A model generated the notes under the pieces. That model was not told the origin of the DNA. It worked only from the letters and a program-made list of their open reading frames with translations, and searched no databases. From positions 1 through 38,292 of the forward strand of contig JYFJ02003745.1 of assembly GCA_000934665.2 (NCBI GenBank): 38,292 bases of DNA, read 5' to 3'. The translations under genes and the position numbers were made by a program. This DNA is from Catajapyx aquilonaris. Its lineage: Eukaryota. Each line of letters opens with the position of its first letter. The stretch's first letter is position 1. Of this stretch, positions 10,851 to 22,700 are shown piece after piece.

Positions 10851-12091
10851 TGGAATGACCCAGGTCCTAAAGTGAAGTAAAAAGTTTGAAAGGAGCTGGA
10901 ATATAAATATGAAACATGGATTGTTATACAAGTAGTAGTACCGGTGTAGGAAAAATTCATCGAGCATGCACACGTCTTATAATTAATATTATGTGAAAAA
11001 ATGCCCTTCACGTATTGGGTCGCAGAGCTATTAAATATGAAAGAAAATATCCGATCCATCTATTTTAGATTCTGTAACCCATTTTCATTAGGATTGGATC
11101 TGGGTCGAGGCAATGGAAACCGGTCACGAATCAGTGCTATATTATTCTAGGAGACTTATAAATACTGCAAAGCAACCTTCAATGATTGCTACATCCTAAT
11201 CCAATACGAGATGGACAGATCTTCCACTGGCATGAGAGTCGGAAATGAATTTCTTGCCAATGTTACGTGGAGTTGTAATAAGGATAAGGCACTCTTTCTG
11301 GGCCAAATGAGGCCACCTTCAGGAACATACATTTTCCTACATCCACCTATTATGTAAATTAATGAGATAGTTTTATGATTTGAAAATTCGAAGCTTCCCC
11401 TTACCCCTTTAACGAAGACGACGAAAAAGTTTTATAAATATTGTGGCATTTTTTTCGTATTTTAAAACAGTTCTGTGAAACTGGCATGATTCTCAACCCG
11501 GTTTCTATAATGATGTCATTTTATCTGCTTGTGTCGTAAGCTAATCTTACGTGTTAAGATTGTTGTTGGATTTTCTCGGTATTAAATGTAAACACTTCTG
11601 GAATTCATACTGATTTTAGACAGCTTTACAACCATACAATACTTCTGTAAATTAACATATAATATCTTCGTAAATGAATGATGATTAACCCAGATATGCC
11701 TGGAAAGGTTTTTGTTGAATTCTTGGACTTTTTTTTTGTTTCTATTAGTTCATATTAGTTCCCAAAACACAAAAATCGAGATAAAACATTCTTCTGAATT
11801 CTTGTTTGCGAGAAAATGGCCCGTTCCTTGTCTATGAACACCCTCTAGATGGGTTTCTGGACATGTCAAAAATACTAGTCTTGGTCCCCTCTATTACCCC
11901 TGAAAGTGTTTACAGATAGAGTTCCAGGGAACATCTTGTATAAAATGCCTGGTGTTTTTAGGCAAAGTACGAAGTATCTGTTGTGTTATTACGTACATAA
12001 TTATACTGTAGGCTACTTTGCCTACAGGCATTCTATATAATGCCTATGCCCTAGCTATGCATTATACAATTTATAATATACTAATGCCTAA

Positions 12092-12209
12092 GGGCCAGTT
12101 GCACCGACCTCAGTATAACAGGTATAACTTAGAACCTCGGGTATATCAAGAATTGCCATAGCAATCATTGTTGGTCAACAATGATTGCTATGGTCGGTGC
12201 AACTGGCCC
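12092..12209. mobile_element. PIF/Harbinger-like MITE
   Basis: 18-bp TIR GGGCCAGTTGCACCGACC. TAA TSD at 12089-12091 and 12210-12212. Confidence 0.8.
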
Positions 12210-12482
12210 TAAGCATTATGTAGGATGCCTAAAGGCAAAGCGGCAAAGTATAGAATAATACCGCCAGTGATATTGGGCCCTTGTTCGGCAGTGGGCAAGC
12301 CCGACAACTGGCCACGTCATTTCGCTGCGGTGAAATTGGCTGATGCCTTTTGGTTTCTGATTTAATTAGCTGCGGTCACAGTTCAAATGGTTGCCAAGGG
12401 AGACGCATCCTCCGTGCATCACCAAATCGTTGGAAATGTCAAATAGATCAAACGCGAGAGCACTATTAATGATAAATAATTA

Positions 12483-12596
12483 TTCCCAGGGCCGGCGATC
12501 CTGACCGTGGTTTTCCACGCTCCCCCCCCCCAGGATAATTCCGGGGTCGCTTCCGTACAATAGGCCACAGTCGCTTCCTTCCTTCCCTATCCTTGG
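12483..12596 (+). mobile_element. SINE family A internal fragment
   Basis: GGCCGGCGATCCTGACCGTGGTTTTCCACG...ATAGGCCACAGTCGCTTCCTTCCTTCCCTATCCTTGG matches the copies at 2470 and 5521. Confidence 0.8.
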
Positions 12597-13779
12597 CCCC
12601 ATCAAATGGTGGTATTCCACCCCCACCCCCCCTCCTAATGGAGCGCCGATTCTCCCAATGGGGTATAAAAACAAAACAAACAAACAAACTATTAATGATA
12701 AATCAGCGCGAGCTTGGATCTAGACAAAGCCACAATAACGTTCGTTGGCTTGCGGTGCCACAAGGCGGACAGTAATGTTTCGGATACACAACCCACACCG
12801 TGCCTGGTAGGGCCACAAGACGGACAGTACTGGTGCGGTCACGCCAAAGTCATACAGATGACACATACACAACGGGCACACAACAAAAAGTGTCTGCAGC
12901 AAAATGACTCGGCAGCGAATTGACCTTTGGCCAATTGTCGTACCTCTCCACCGCCGAACAAGGACCCAAGCATCATTGAAAGGAATATTCTGAACTTTGT
13001 CGGTTTGCCTTTAGACATTCTATAAAATGCCTACATTCTACAGAATGCCAGATTTCGTACATTGCCTGTAACACATATAAAATGAGTCCATATGACACCA
13101 TAATTCCCCAGTGAATTCAATGCAACCAATAACGACACAAAAAAATGTGGCGAGAAGGAGTTTCTCGCGCGCTTGTCAACAGACCAAAAGTTCCGATCAG
13201 CCCCTGGACACTTCTATCCTAGCCAAACACTCGTACCCTAAATCCCCGTTCATGTGGTTGCGGGCCGTCCATAAATTACGTAGACAGGACGTAGACAATT
13301 GTACATGAGTGTACACTGTACTGTACATCAAGGGGGAGGAGGTGTCACCATTGTATATGTGTAGGTACAGCACTTTTGTAGTAGGATTTGTGATTTTGAT
13401 CGCGGTTAATTAACCGATGACAAGGTCGAAGAGGGGAGTGCCAGGCCAATTGTACTGTATATGTAAATAGTAAAAGGCGGGAGGAGGGAGGGGGGGTGCT
13501 GGAATTTTCCGACGAGTTTGAGGAAAATTGGAGGAAACCCACACAACCATAACATGGCTATAACCTACAGGGGTTGGACAGAATAATAATAGGCCCCCCT
13601 GGAAAAAGCTGTTGAAATTTCGCGTCTGTTTTATTCGAAAACTGGAAAGGTTGCAAAGATGACTTTCACCTAGTTTGGAACCTCTGTCGATGTACATTTG
13701 TCACGGTATGCAGATAACGCAAAAATCAGAGAAACAAACCCCTCCCCCCCCCCCCCCCCCCNACCCCATATTTGACCAA

Positions 13780-14260
13780 AGTGTCCCACCATTTTCATTG
13801 AAAACAAAAACAGTTACATACATGAACTTTACTGAAGTTTGAAGCTCCATCGATGTCACTTTGTGCGGTATAGAGATGGACCAAAATTACCGACAGGGAG
13901 AGGGGGAAAAGTAGAAACGGCACCCCCCTTCCCCGGCACTGCTTGAATGCAAACAATGGAAAATTTTCCTCCCACTGCTATAGTTAATGCTAACTAACCT
14001 AACTTAGCAATACCAGTGCCAAATATGGTACTGATAAGTTAGTACGTAGTGGGACGAAAATTCGACCCAAACTTACTATACATTATTTTGTCCAACCTCT
14101 TCTCGGCCGGGGAAGGGAGAGTGCATGATTTTCCCCCGCCCCCTGTAGGTAATTTTGGTCAATCTCTAGATACCACACACAGTGACATCGATAGAGATTC
14201 AAAGCCCTGTAAAGTTCACATCTGTAACTGCTTTCGTTTTCAAATGAAAAGGGGAGTGCA
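13780..14260. repeat. Diverged inverted-repeat element
   Basis: CATCGATGTCACT..GACCAAAATTACC..GGGGAAAA is mirrored by TTTTCCCCC..GGTAATTTTGGTC..AGTGACATCGAT. Confidence 0.65.
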
Positions 14261-15654
14261 GTCTACCCAGTGGTAACCTTGACACTTCAACTCTCGGGAC
14301 ACGTAACTTGTACAGTATTGGTACTTTCTAAGCATATCTGTGCAGACAACATTACTGTCTAACATCGGAATTGAACGAGTCGTTAGCTTGATATTTAGGC
14401 CACGCCCCCATTTTCCCGTAAATTTGCCGAGTAATGACATTTTGGCGGTTCCGTGCATACCCAAGTCCCAGGTCAAGGTTCTGAGCCAACTTATTCAACG
14501 GTATAGTAGCCTACGTATTTATTTTCGTTCGGGACTCTGGGGATTTTCCACTGCTAAGGGAGACACTCTTGTGTGTGATATGTTATCCGTACATTCGAAT
14601 TAAGCGATATTTCACTTGCTAGAAAACCTGAATATTAGGCTACTGGGGGTTGTAGAATGGCCCAGGACGGGCACCCAGGACAAGATTATTTCCTAGATAC
14701 ATCACATATAGGCTAAGGACGCCACTGTGTTTAGTTTATTTACTCCGGACACCGTAATGACGCCTCCTATCCAAAAGTGATGTAGTGCTGAATTTTTATG
14801 GCCTGGAATATGCCAAGGAATACCTGCGTGCGGGAGTTACTCACTACCCTGTGTACATATGACCTTGAAAGTTTGTAACATAATAATCCTTGCATTTACA
14901 GTTGACTACTTTACAACAGTGCGCAGAAAACCTAAGTGGCATGTTAAAACTGCCATAAAGCCAGAACATGATAATAATAATAATAATGATGACGATGATG
15001 ACAGCATTTCAATGTAAATAACATGCTAGTGTATAAAGTCTAGATTAGCTCCGAATATTGTTAAAAATGGTGGTAGTTAAGTTTTGAATTACGAGAGTTG
15101 AGCTGTTGAGCAGAGGGTGAAAAGGATGTGATACATTATACAAAATGTAGGTAGGCGGTTTAGGGTGAGTTCAGAGTAAGATATGCAGCGTCAAGGCCTT
15201 GTTAATGGTACTTACCCAGGTAAGGGGAAATGAGAGATTCTAGGCAGGATGAGAGGCTGCTGTTTTATCTTCTGTTGATGATTCAGAAGCAAGGAAAAGA
15301 ACTAAGAAATACCGTAGACCTATGTGAAGAGAATGGAGACTTCCAAGGTGATCAGACTCGTAGCCGCGACTGGACAGAATATACTTTCCGGCTTGTTCCA
15401 TAGCTCCATGCCCAATGCGATTGCCAAAAGAGAGGCAACGAGGCTGGCTGGCATAGCCTACATATCGATCCCGAAGTCGCAGCAGACACACACATACACC
15501 CATACCCACACTAACACATACACACACACACACACCTTTACCGGCTCGATTTTCTCTCCTTCGCGTCGCTCCCTTAGGAAGGGGGGAGGGGATCGCACAT
15601 TTATGGAAACACATTTAGGGGGTCGCAGTTGGTAAAAGGTTGGAAACCACTGGC

Positions 15655-16240
15655 CTAGAGAATAGACCGAAAATGGTCCCCTCCAGCATCCAAGCACTTT
15701 TGCATGCGAGTCTGCATATTGGCGTATACAGGGTGTTCCAGATTCGTGGGTCACTTTTTGATAACTGATATCGCCCGATGGCTATTATTTTTTGTAGCTT
15801 GTTGTGCCCCTCTCCATGAATGGGGCACATGGTTAGGGACATAACAAGCTACAAAAAATCATTGCTATCGGGCGATATTAGTGATCAAAAAGTGACCCAC
15901 GAATCTGGAACACCCTGTAGATGTGCTAATGTGACATCAGAATGTCAGCAAACTCCCTCGTTATAGGGGCTAGAGGGCGTCAATATATTGTTCTGGCGGG
16001 ACTTAATCTTGTATACGTGCGGCCCTTCAGTAAACCCCACAAGAATAAATCAGGTGGCGTCATGTCTGGTGATCTGAGCCAGGACCTTGGGTGACCGATT
16101 CATTTGTAAAAATCTGTGGCCTCCAAGATCACCAGACCTGCAGCCACCTTATTTCATCTTGTGGGGCCAATGTGACTGTAGACTCGCAAACAAAAGTGCT
16201 TGGATGCTGCAGGGGACCATTTTCGGTACATTCTCTAGCT
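15655..16240. mobile_element. Fold-back Tc1/mariner-derived element with two inverted copies of the SPDLxP motif region
   Basis: Outer arms CTAGAGAAT..CCGAAAATGGTCCCCT.CAGCATCCAAGCACTTTTG and their reverse complement near 16190-16239. WPPRSPDLQPPYFILWG on + (about 16117-16167) and SPDMTPPDLFLWG on - (about 16035-16075). Confidence 0.65.
15729..15917. mobile_element. Tc1/mariner MITE nested in the element at 15655-16240
   Basis: TA|CAGGGTGTTCCAGATTCGTGGGTCACTTTTTGAT ... ATCAAAAAGTGACCCACGAATCTGGAACACCCTG|TA; almost wholly palindromic. Confidence 0.88.
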
Positions 16241-16446
16241 AGCTAGACATTGTTTGGCAACATACAAGGCATGTTAATTTTCATCTGGAACTGTACAGTA
16301 CGAGTATAGTTAAAAGCCAAGCAGAAACTTCCTGAGCCAACCTCTCAGGAATATAGTGGCACGAAGGATGTCTTTGCTCAATGCATTCTGTTCAGATCGC
16401 TGTGGCAAAGGAAGTCCAGCATATTTCAAATCTGCAAGAGATTTGC

Positions 16447-16740
16447 CTATACCATGGTCATGACCTTATCTTCAAGGTAAATCAGGGCCTGGTTGTACAT
16501 GGCAAAGGTATAGTTGAGGTGAAGTGTAGGATTTTCAAGCCTGTGCCTGTGTAGAATATCTTCCGTCATGGAGTCCCGGAAATAATTCCAAAGGGTACAG
16601 GGTGTTGATGGTGAGCAGGAAGTGATGATGATGGCAAAAAGATTCCTGAGGGCAGAAGGAGATGTGGCAGCAGCTTCTTGCAAATTGACATCCCAAATGT
16701 GATCCCCTTCCAGTAGCCCCCTTCTTTGACAAATGACGGT
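16447..16740 (-). pseudogene. Helitron RepHel fragment (region between the Rep and helicase domains)
   Basis: CQRRGLLEGDHIW..LQEA..PSALRNLFAIIITSCSPSTPCTLWNYFRDSMTEDI matches the Helitron pattern GLLxDDxxW..EA..PxxLRxLFAxI..CxPSxP..LW..MxEDI. Confidence 0.85.
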
Positions 16741-17316
16741 CGATGTTCCCCGGTTCCCGGTGGGAGAGGTTGAAGGTGTAGGAAGCGGACCACAGATGGC
16801 AGGCAAATGACGGTTGGCGTTACAGGCGGACAGACAGACAGATCACAAACGGCTTTATTTATTTCATATAACTTGTCACATAATTTATTTATAATTTTGC
16901 GTAGCCTAGTTTTTTCGGTTTTCTCTCAACTTCACTTTTGTTAGATACGCCCTTTTTCGAGGGAGGGGTTCAATTGTTCTGATGGGCCATTCCTAATCGG
17001 AAATACATTGCTGCTCAGAGCTTGAATGAAGGAGTCAGTTTGATCTAATAAGCTTACTAGTAGCGTTGCCAGTGATACTTTTATTAGGATACCATTTAAA
17101 GTACCGTACGGTAAATGTACAAAAGTAACTGCTTAAAATAAGCAGCTTAGTGCTTACAAATATCCGTAGCAATGGGACAAGCACTTTGGAAGTTTGGATC
17201 ACCCTGCTGTGTATCCTGTTCCAAGACGGGCCTAAGCGTTTTAACTTTGCACTTTGTGAGAAGTCGAGTTCGGATTTTTAGGCAAATGCCTATTTACCGC
17301 ATTACCTCTCATCTTG

Positions 17317-17816
17317 CGGCACGCCGGTATAAAACGAGGTCGACCAGCATGCCGGTATAACCCGGGGGTGGCCGGCATGCTGCAATAACCGAGGTAGATT
17401 TTCGTAATTTTGATTCTTGCCAAATTTTTTGGAATGCATCTGGTACCATACTAAAATAATGTTACAATGAAAATGGGCGAGTGTACAAGCTGTGAGAATA
17501 TGCAACTTTTGTTGCACGGTGGATATAAAAAATGTAGATTGTGTGACCAATCCCATCGTCAGCCTGCTTTGACAGGGGAACTCCCTGCTTCAACGTACTG
17601 TTGAAATAGAGATTATTGCCAGAAAATGTGCCTTTTTGATACCCTTTACGTGAATTTTGCTTTTCCGGCAGGGAAACGTCAAGTTCGGAAAGGATAATGT
17701 AACTTATGTGAAAACCTCGCCTTATACCGGCATACCTCGCCTTATACCGGCATGCCAGTATAGCCACCAGATCAAGCATTTTAAAAAACTGGTCGACCTC
17801 GCCTACACCGGCATGC
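17317..17816. repeat. Inverted-repeat element with repeated TATACCGGCATG subterminal motifs
   Basis: GCCGGTATAA..CGAGGTCGACCAG on the left, mirrored by CTGGTCGACCTCG..TACACCGGCATGC on the right. Confidence 0.55.
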
Positions 17817-17946
17817 CGTGGTGTTGTTTATTTCGCGCTCATTAATTCAAACTGGGAAAAAAGAAATAGTTGAGCCCGTGGCCGTAAGGAGTGTACTGTA
17901 CATTACGGCGCATTACGGGCACGGCACGCGCTGCTATCGCCGATAT

Positions 17947-18043
<97 letters not shown>

Positions 18044-18140
18044 TGCCCGTGCCCGTAATGTACACTCCTTACGGACACGGGCTCAACTATTTCTTTTTTC
18101 CCAGTTTGAATTAATGAGCGCGAAATAAACAACACCATGG
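17817..18140. repeat. Palindromic MITE-like element with an (AAC)n(AAT)n microsatellite loop
   Basis: Near-perfect arms GGTGTTGTTTATTTCGCGCTCATTAATTCAAACTGGGAAAAAAGAAATAGTTGAGCCCGTG and reverse complement. Compound microsatellite at about 17948-18042. Confidence 0.9.
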
Positions 18141-18849
18141 CTGACGGTTTTTGAGATTGCTCAAAAACTAAGCGGATTAGCTGTATTATCTTTTTTGATT
18201 CTAATGGTATAGATGTGTGCCTTTCAGAACGCGCCATTACTCACCGGCCAGAAGTCACGGGAAGTTTAGTTACTGGGGGCCCAAAAATGCCACAAATGGC
18301 CTATTTTGACCACTTTGAGATCATATATCTCAAAATCTGGCCAAAATCTGGCCAAAATCTCAAAATTGAGGCCCGGCTGGTTCGCCAGCGACGGTACTCT
18401 CTTCCTCGAGCGGTCCTCGGACCTGACTCGCATTTCTTGGTTGGACGGGGTGCTTGGGAGAATATCCCACCCCCGTCCCTGGGTTGGACCCGGCATTGCA
18501 GTACAGCCGGGGCCAGCCCTCCTCTCCCCCACCCTTCTCCCCCACCCCTACCTTGCAATCCCACACCTTCCTCTCCTACCCCCGGCTGCCAAGGCTCGAC
18601 TCAGACAGAGCCATACAAGCTGGGTAACCCTTCCTACCAACCAACCAACCAATGGCGACTTTGGGCCCAAACAGGCCTCGGATTCGGATTCAGCGTACCC
18701 AAATTAGTAAAGAACAACAATGAAAACCCACTTAACCAAGGGGTGTATATACAATCTGTTAATCAGTGTAATGGGTAGTGCTGACCTTCTCGGTATTGCA
18801 CGGACCTTTATTTATTTTGGAATTTTTTACATACACAATTATGTTTTTC

Positions 18850-19101
18850 GTCGCAAGTGTCGCAACGCCCTGGTCCACGGGCGTGTGGGGAAGGGGAGGT
18901 TCCCAAGGGAGGGCGCTCTTGCAGACCCTCAAAGCACCAGGCCTTTTCTCTTGGCCCTGGGCAGAGTAGGGAGTGCGAGTCTGCCCGGACATGTCGGGTG
19001 AAAAGCGGAAAAAGTCCGGCCAAGCAGAGGTGACGGGGACGGGATTTGAACCCCGGACCTCCCGCTTGGCTGGCCAGTAGCATAGCCACTAGACCACCCC
19101 C
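18850..19101 (-). mobile_element. tRNA-derived SINE, family D
   Basis: Minus-strand head GGGGTGGTCTAGTGG (A-box) ... GGTTCAAATCC (B-box) followed by a GC-rich body. 3' boundary approximate. Confidence 0.65.
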
Positions 19102-19159
19102 GTTGGTGGACTTGATTATGATGTGATGTTGAGGGTTTTAGCGCACACCTGTAACAGTA

Positions 19160-20090
19160 GGTGAGTACAGTACATCAAATGAACGAGAAATACGAGGAGA
19201 ATGCGCCTGTGGAATTAGTTTTCCTCTAAAATGTAACCAGAAAAATGTGCGCGGCATTCCATTGGTCACATGCTCAGTCGCATGTCCAAATATTTTGACC
19301 CAACAATTAGTGATGTATTTGCGTAAGAGCAGCCATATTTGGTGACAGGAGTTGTGTCCCACACAAGGTTTGATATGTTCAGTGTTAAGTCTGGTTCATG
19401 CATGGCTCGCAAGAAAGTATTCGCAGATTTACCCACTAATTTTCGGGGGGCCAAATTAGTGGACGGAATGCCACGCACATTATTCTGGTTACATTTTTAA
19501 GGAAAACTAATTCCATAGGCGTGTTGTGGTAGCGTAAGTAACAAGCACTTGGGATGTAATAATCACTTGAGATGTATTAATCACAACTAGACACACTTTG
19601 ATCTTGGCGGAGCGGAGGGATGAGAGGGTGTGTGTGTGCAGGATCAGGAGGAGGTTTATTGTCTCTACTGGATCTACAACAAGGCGCATTCTCCTCATCT
19701 CTCGCTTTCATTTGATATAATTAAATATATTGTGTTTATTGGACTTTGACCACTTCCACGAGCCTAAAAAATTCTCCAAACGTTCGCGATTTTCTCCACC
19801 TCACTGTATTGCAAAATATCGTTGAAACTAGATATTAAGCGTTCTGAAATAGGCTGGCATAGGTGTGTACATCTGTGATTTTTTCACAAAAATCCGGGAT
19901 GGTCTAGCAGAATTTCGGCCCGTTTGATTCGGAATGACTCCAGTATTTCGAGAGCTTTGGTTTTTTGAATGCCCCTAGGTCAAAAACAAAGGTTAGACAA
20001 AATGAAATGTCATTATACATTGTATGAGTTACGAGTGACCTAAGGAACAATGACGTGGACAAAATAATATCATGTTGCATAGTGTTATGG
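19160..20090. mobile_element. Second copy of the fold-back family at 1234-2130
   Basis: Internal inverted arms AATTAGTTTTCCT..AAATGTAACCAGAA..GGCATTCC and GGAATGCC..TTCTGGTTACATTT..AGGAAAACTAATT. Shared 3' motifs. Confidence 0.6.
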
Positions 20091-21292
20091 GCGATAAACA
20101 CTGTGATGAGACTGATGACTCCATGGATCAAGGCAGTGGCATGATCTTGCTCTGCTGAGTGTACAAAGATAAGAAACCGCATCATAGACCAGATTGCATC
20201 AGTGAAAGAAGGCGCGGTTGTCATTTTTATGAGTGGTGTCATTTGTCAATTAAAAGATTAATGAATTTTGACTGGTATATTTGAGCCGATTTAATGATAA
20301 ATTTATCTGAAAGATCCAAGATGGGTTTCAGATATGTGTGGACAGAGGCACAATTTCAGTGCTTGCCATATGCGCTATTTCCCGAAGATACGCCTCTGCC
20401 AGACACGCAAATATAACATTGTAATATCGCAGAAACTCGTTCGCATTTCTGGTTTACTGACTTGTGGCTTTGGCACTTCTCAGGTCAGGCGAGAGCGGAC
20501 AGTGATCACAAAAAATTTTGAAGAACCGCAGCGGTATTACGAAAAATGAACATAATGTAAATGAAGCAAAGTGAACCGAAAAGAGTCCAATTTCTTTGAA
20601 ATCAATTTACGAATTATCTTAGTAAAGAGGCGTGGTCAGATAATAAGCGACACCTTCACACAAAATGATACCAAGATTCCCAGGACTGAGGACTTGACCC
20701 TATAGGTTTACCAAGATCTTATTAAACAACCTGTATACATCCTGGAGGTAAGGTAAAATATGATTTGATTCGCCCTGAGACGAAGAAACTTGCCCACGCA
20801 ATTCTTTTGTTATTTCAGAAAGAAGAGACGCACTTGCTCTGGATGTGTCTTGATTAGTTTGGACAGGCAAGAAAATCCCAGACTTTCCTGGGAGTTCTAA
20901 CGAGGCTTCCAATGTCCGGAAGGGATTTGCATAAGCCCATGAATGGCATCTGCAAGAAAAGGGGCCAGCTAGCATGTCGTTTCAATCATACCGAACTGAC
21001 CCTTTTTATATTCCATCTGGCTACAAATTCCCTGTGGCCAATCGTACAGCTTCACCTTGGCAGTTCCCAGATCGAATTATGTAGTGTATATAAGGAAGTC
21101 GTGGACCAAGAAGCTGTCTTTCTGGAGAGCAGATACCGACCGAGGTGGACAAGGCTATATATACGTTACCAGTTAGTATGAACAGCTTTCTCAGGTAAGG
21201 CTTGACGATACCAACTGCAGTTGTACACCTAAGCATTAGAGTAAGAAAAGTAGCGCAATTCAGAATAGGGACTGATTCAGTCAACAACTACA

Positions 21293-21352
21293 TACCCTGT
21301 AGCTCAATTGGCAGAGCACACTGCTGGTCCAGGTTCGAATCCTGGCAGGGTA
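21293..21352 (+). ncRNA. tRNA-like element lacking the anticodon arm (tRNA pseudogene or small Pol III RNA)
   Basis: Acceptor stem TACCCTG/CAGGGTA, D arm GCTC-AATTGGCA-GAGC, T arm CCAGG-TTCGAAT-CCTGG. Only 11 nt (ACACTGCTGGT) between the D and T arms. Confidence 0.65.
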
Positions 21353-21603
21353 TACAAAGGCCTATTACGGGTGCCGAGACTGGCTAATAATAAACTGTTG
21401 TAGCTGCTACTGCAGTACTTCCATTCTGCCGTCCTACCAAAAATGTCATACCAGAACATCACAATAAGGTCGTGTTATCCTCCGAGGTGCCCGGCCCAAA
21501 CGACCTTACCGTAGATTGTGCATATGTGACTTTTTCGCTAGGACGGACGTGTTTAACTATTGCTTCTTGGATTGGGACTGCGTACTCCTTTGTCTGTTCC
21601 AGG

Positions 21604-21678
21604 ATGGCCGCCTGTTACCTGCTTATCTTTTGGATTATTTGTGGACATGGATGGGCCTTTCCTAAGGCACCTGAAGAG
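21604..21678 (+). CDS. Coding exon 1 (signal peptide) of a candidate secreted prepropeptide
   Basis: Acceptor tcctttgtctgttccag|G then ATG. Encodes MAACYLLIFWIICGHGWA-FPKAPEE (hydrophobic core, G-x-A cleavage site). Phase-0 donor GAG|gtcagt. Confidence 0.65.
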
Positions 21679-22283
21679 GTCAGTTGTTAAACATTATTTT
21701 CATCTGCCTTATACAACCTCAAGTGCATTATTTGGCCCAAAACAAGTAGTGTAATGTAGACTACGAGTGTTTCATCTTTTTGAATCAAGTGTGCTGCTTG
21801 TTCTATCTTGCATTATCATATTACAAGATACAGTAAGCCGCCGTATATGGACTGCCACGTGCGTCTAGGGGCACCCAAATGTTGTCGTATATTTGTCAAT
21901 TCGGCACTTCTAACCCTTACATTTTACATTTGTATTGGGTCACGTAATCCGAGAGGGAATAGTGACGAACTTAGATGTTAGAAATACTGTACCTTATTCT
22001 GTATGGTGTGTTAAGTAACTCAATCATTGATCAGTTTACTTGTAACTACGATATAGGGTTTCCGAAGGTTTGGCGCCTTTTCCATGTTAATCAATTATTA
22101 TCTAAATGTCTTTCGAGGAATAACTTAAATATATTATGTAATAACTTTAGATATTGTGCATATGAGTTCATGGGGAAAATATGTATAGGTAAACATCAAT
22201 ATCATGACCTTTCCTTCACCTAACATACTGCCAACATGGAAGAGACTCACATTTAGTTTGTCATTACTGGGTGGCTGGTGTAG

Positions 22284-22700
22284 ATGGAAATGGGATTAAC
22301 GGAGTCTGCGGTTGAGCTTCTTGAGCGTCCATGGGCATTCTTGCATGGTAGACGGCCTGCTTCTGCATCTGACTTCCTGATGACAGACAATGCCAGCAAC
22401 GATGGCTCTTTCCAGATGGAAAAGAGAGGATTTTATGACAAGCGTAATTTGATGGAAACCGCACCAGAATTGCTGGCCCCAATGGAAGCAGTGGTAGCAG
22501 CAGCAGCAGCGGCGGCGGCGGCGGCGTCAGTGGCGGAAGAAGAAGACCAGCAGCAGGAGGAGGAAGGGAAGAGAGAGCAACAGCATCAGCATCAACGCCT
22601 AGGCAAGAAAGAGGAGGCCTTCAAGAGGAATAACTATTGGCGCCACATCAGCACCAATCCTCTATTCAGCGAAATTTCTTTGCCCCTCAGGTCCCCCTAA
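22284..22700 (+). CDS. Coding exon 2 of a candidate neuropeptide/peptide-hormone precursor
   Basis: Preceded by gtgtag| in phase 0, matching the exon 1 donor. 138 codons with GRR, KR, KR, GKR, GKK and KR sites and an acidic/poly-Ala spacer. Confidence 0.6.
   Translation: MEMGLTESAVELLERPWAFLHGRRPASASDFLMTDNASNDGSFQMEKRGFYDKRNLMETAPELLAPMEAVVAAAAAAAAAASVAEEEDQQQEEEGKREQQHQHQRLGKKEEAFKRNNYWRHISTNPLFSEISLPLRSP

Larger units (their letters stand above)
11955..13075. mobile_element. Old inverted-repeat DNA element containing a nested MITE, a SINE fragment and repeat B
   Basis: TAGGCAAAGTACGAA (about 11959) vs TTCGTACATTGCCTGT (about 13054). GGGCCCTTGTTCGGCAGTGG (about 12275) vs CCACCGCCGAACAAGGACCC (about 12948). 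Confidence 0.55.

Noticed and set aside
15210..15320. Minus-strand exon ending at TGG|gtaagt
   Set aside because: All three frames are closed from the best acceptor. It could be a UTR exon, but nothing else supports it.
22624..22700. KR-NNYWRHISTNPLF as an allatostatin C/CC/CCC peptide
   Set aside because: The YWR..NP spacing is superficially similar, but both cysteines required for the AstC ring are absent.
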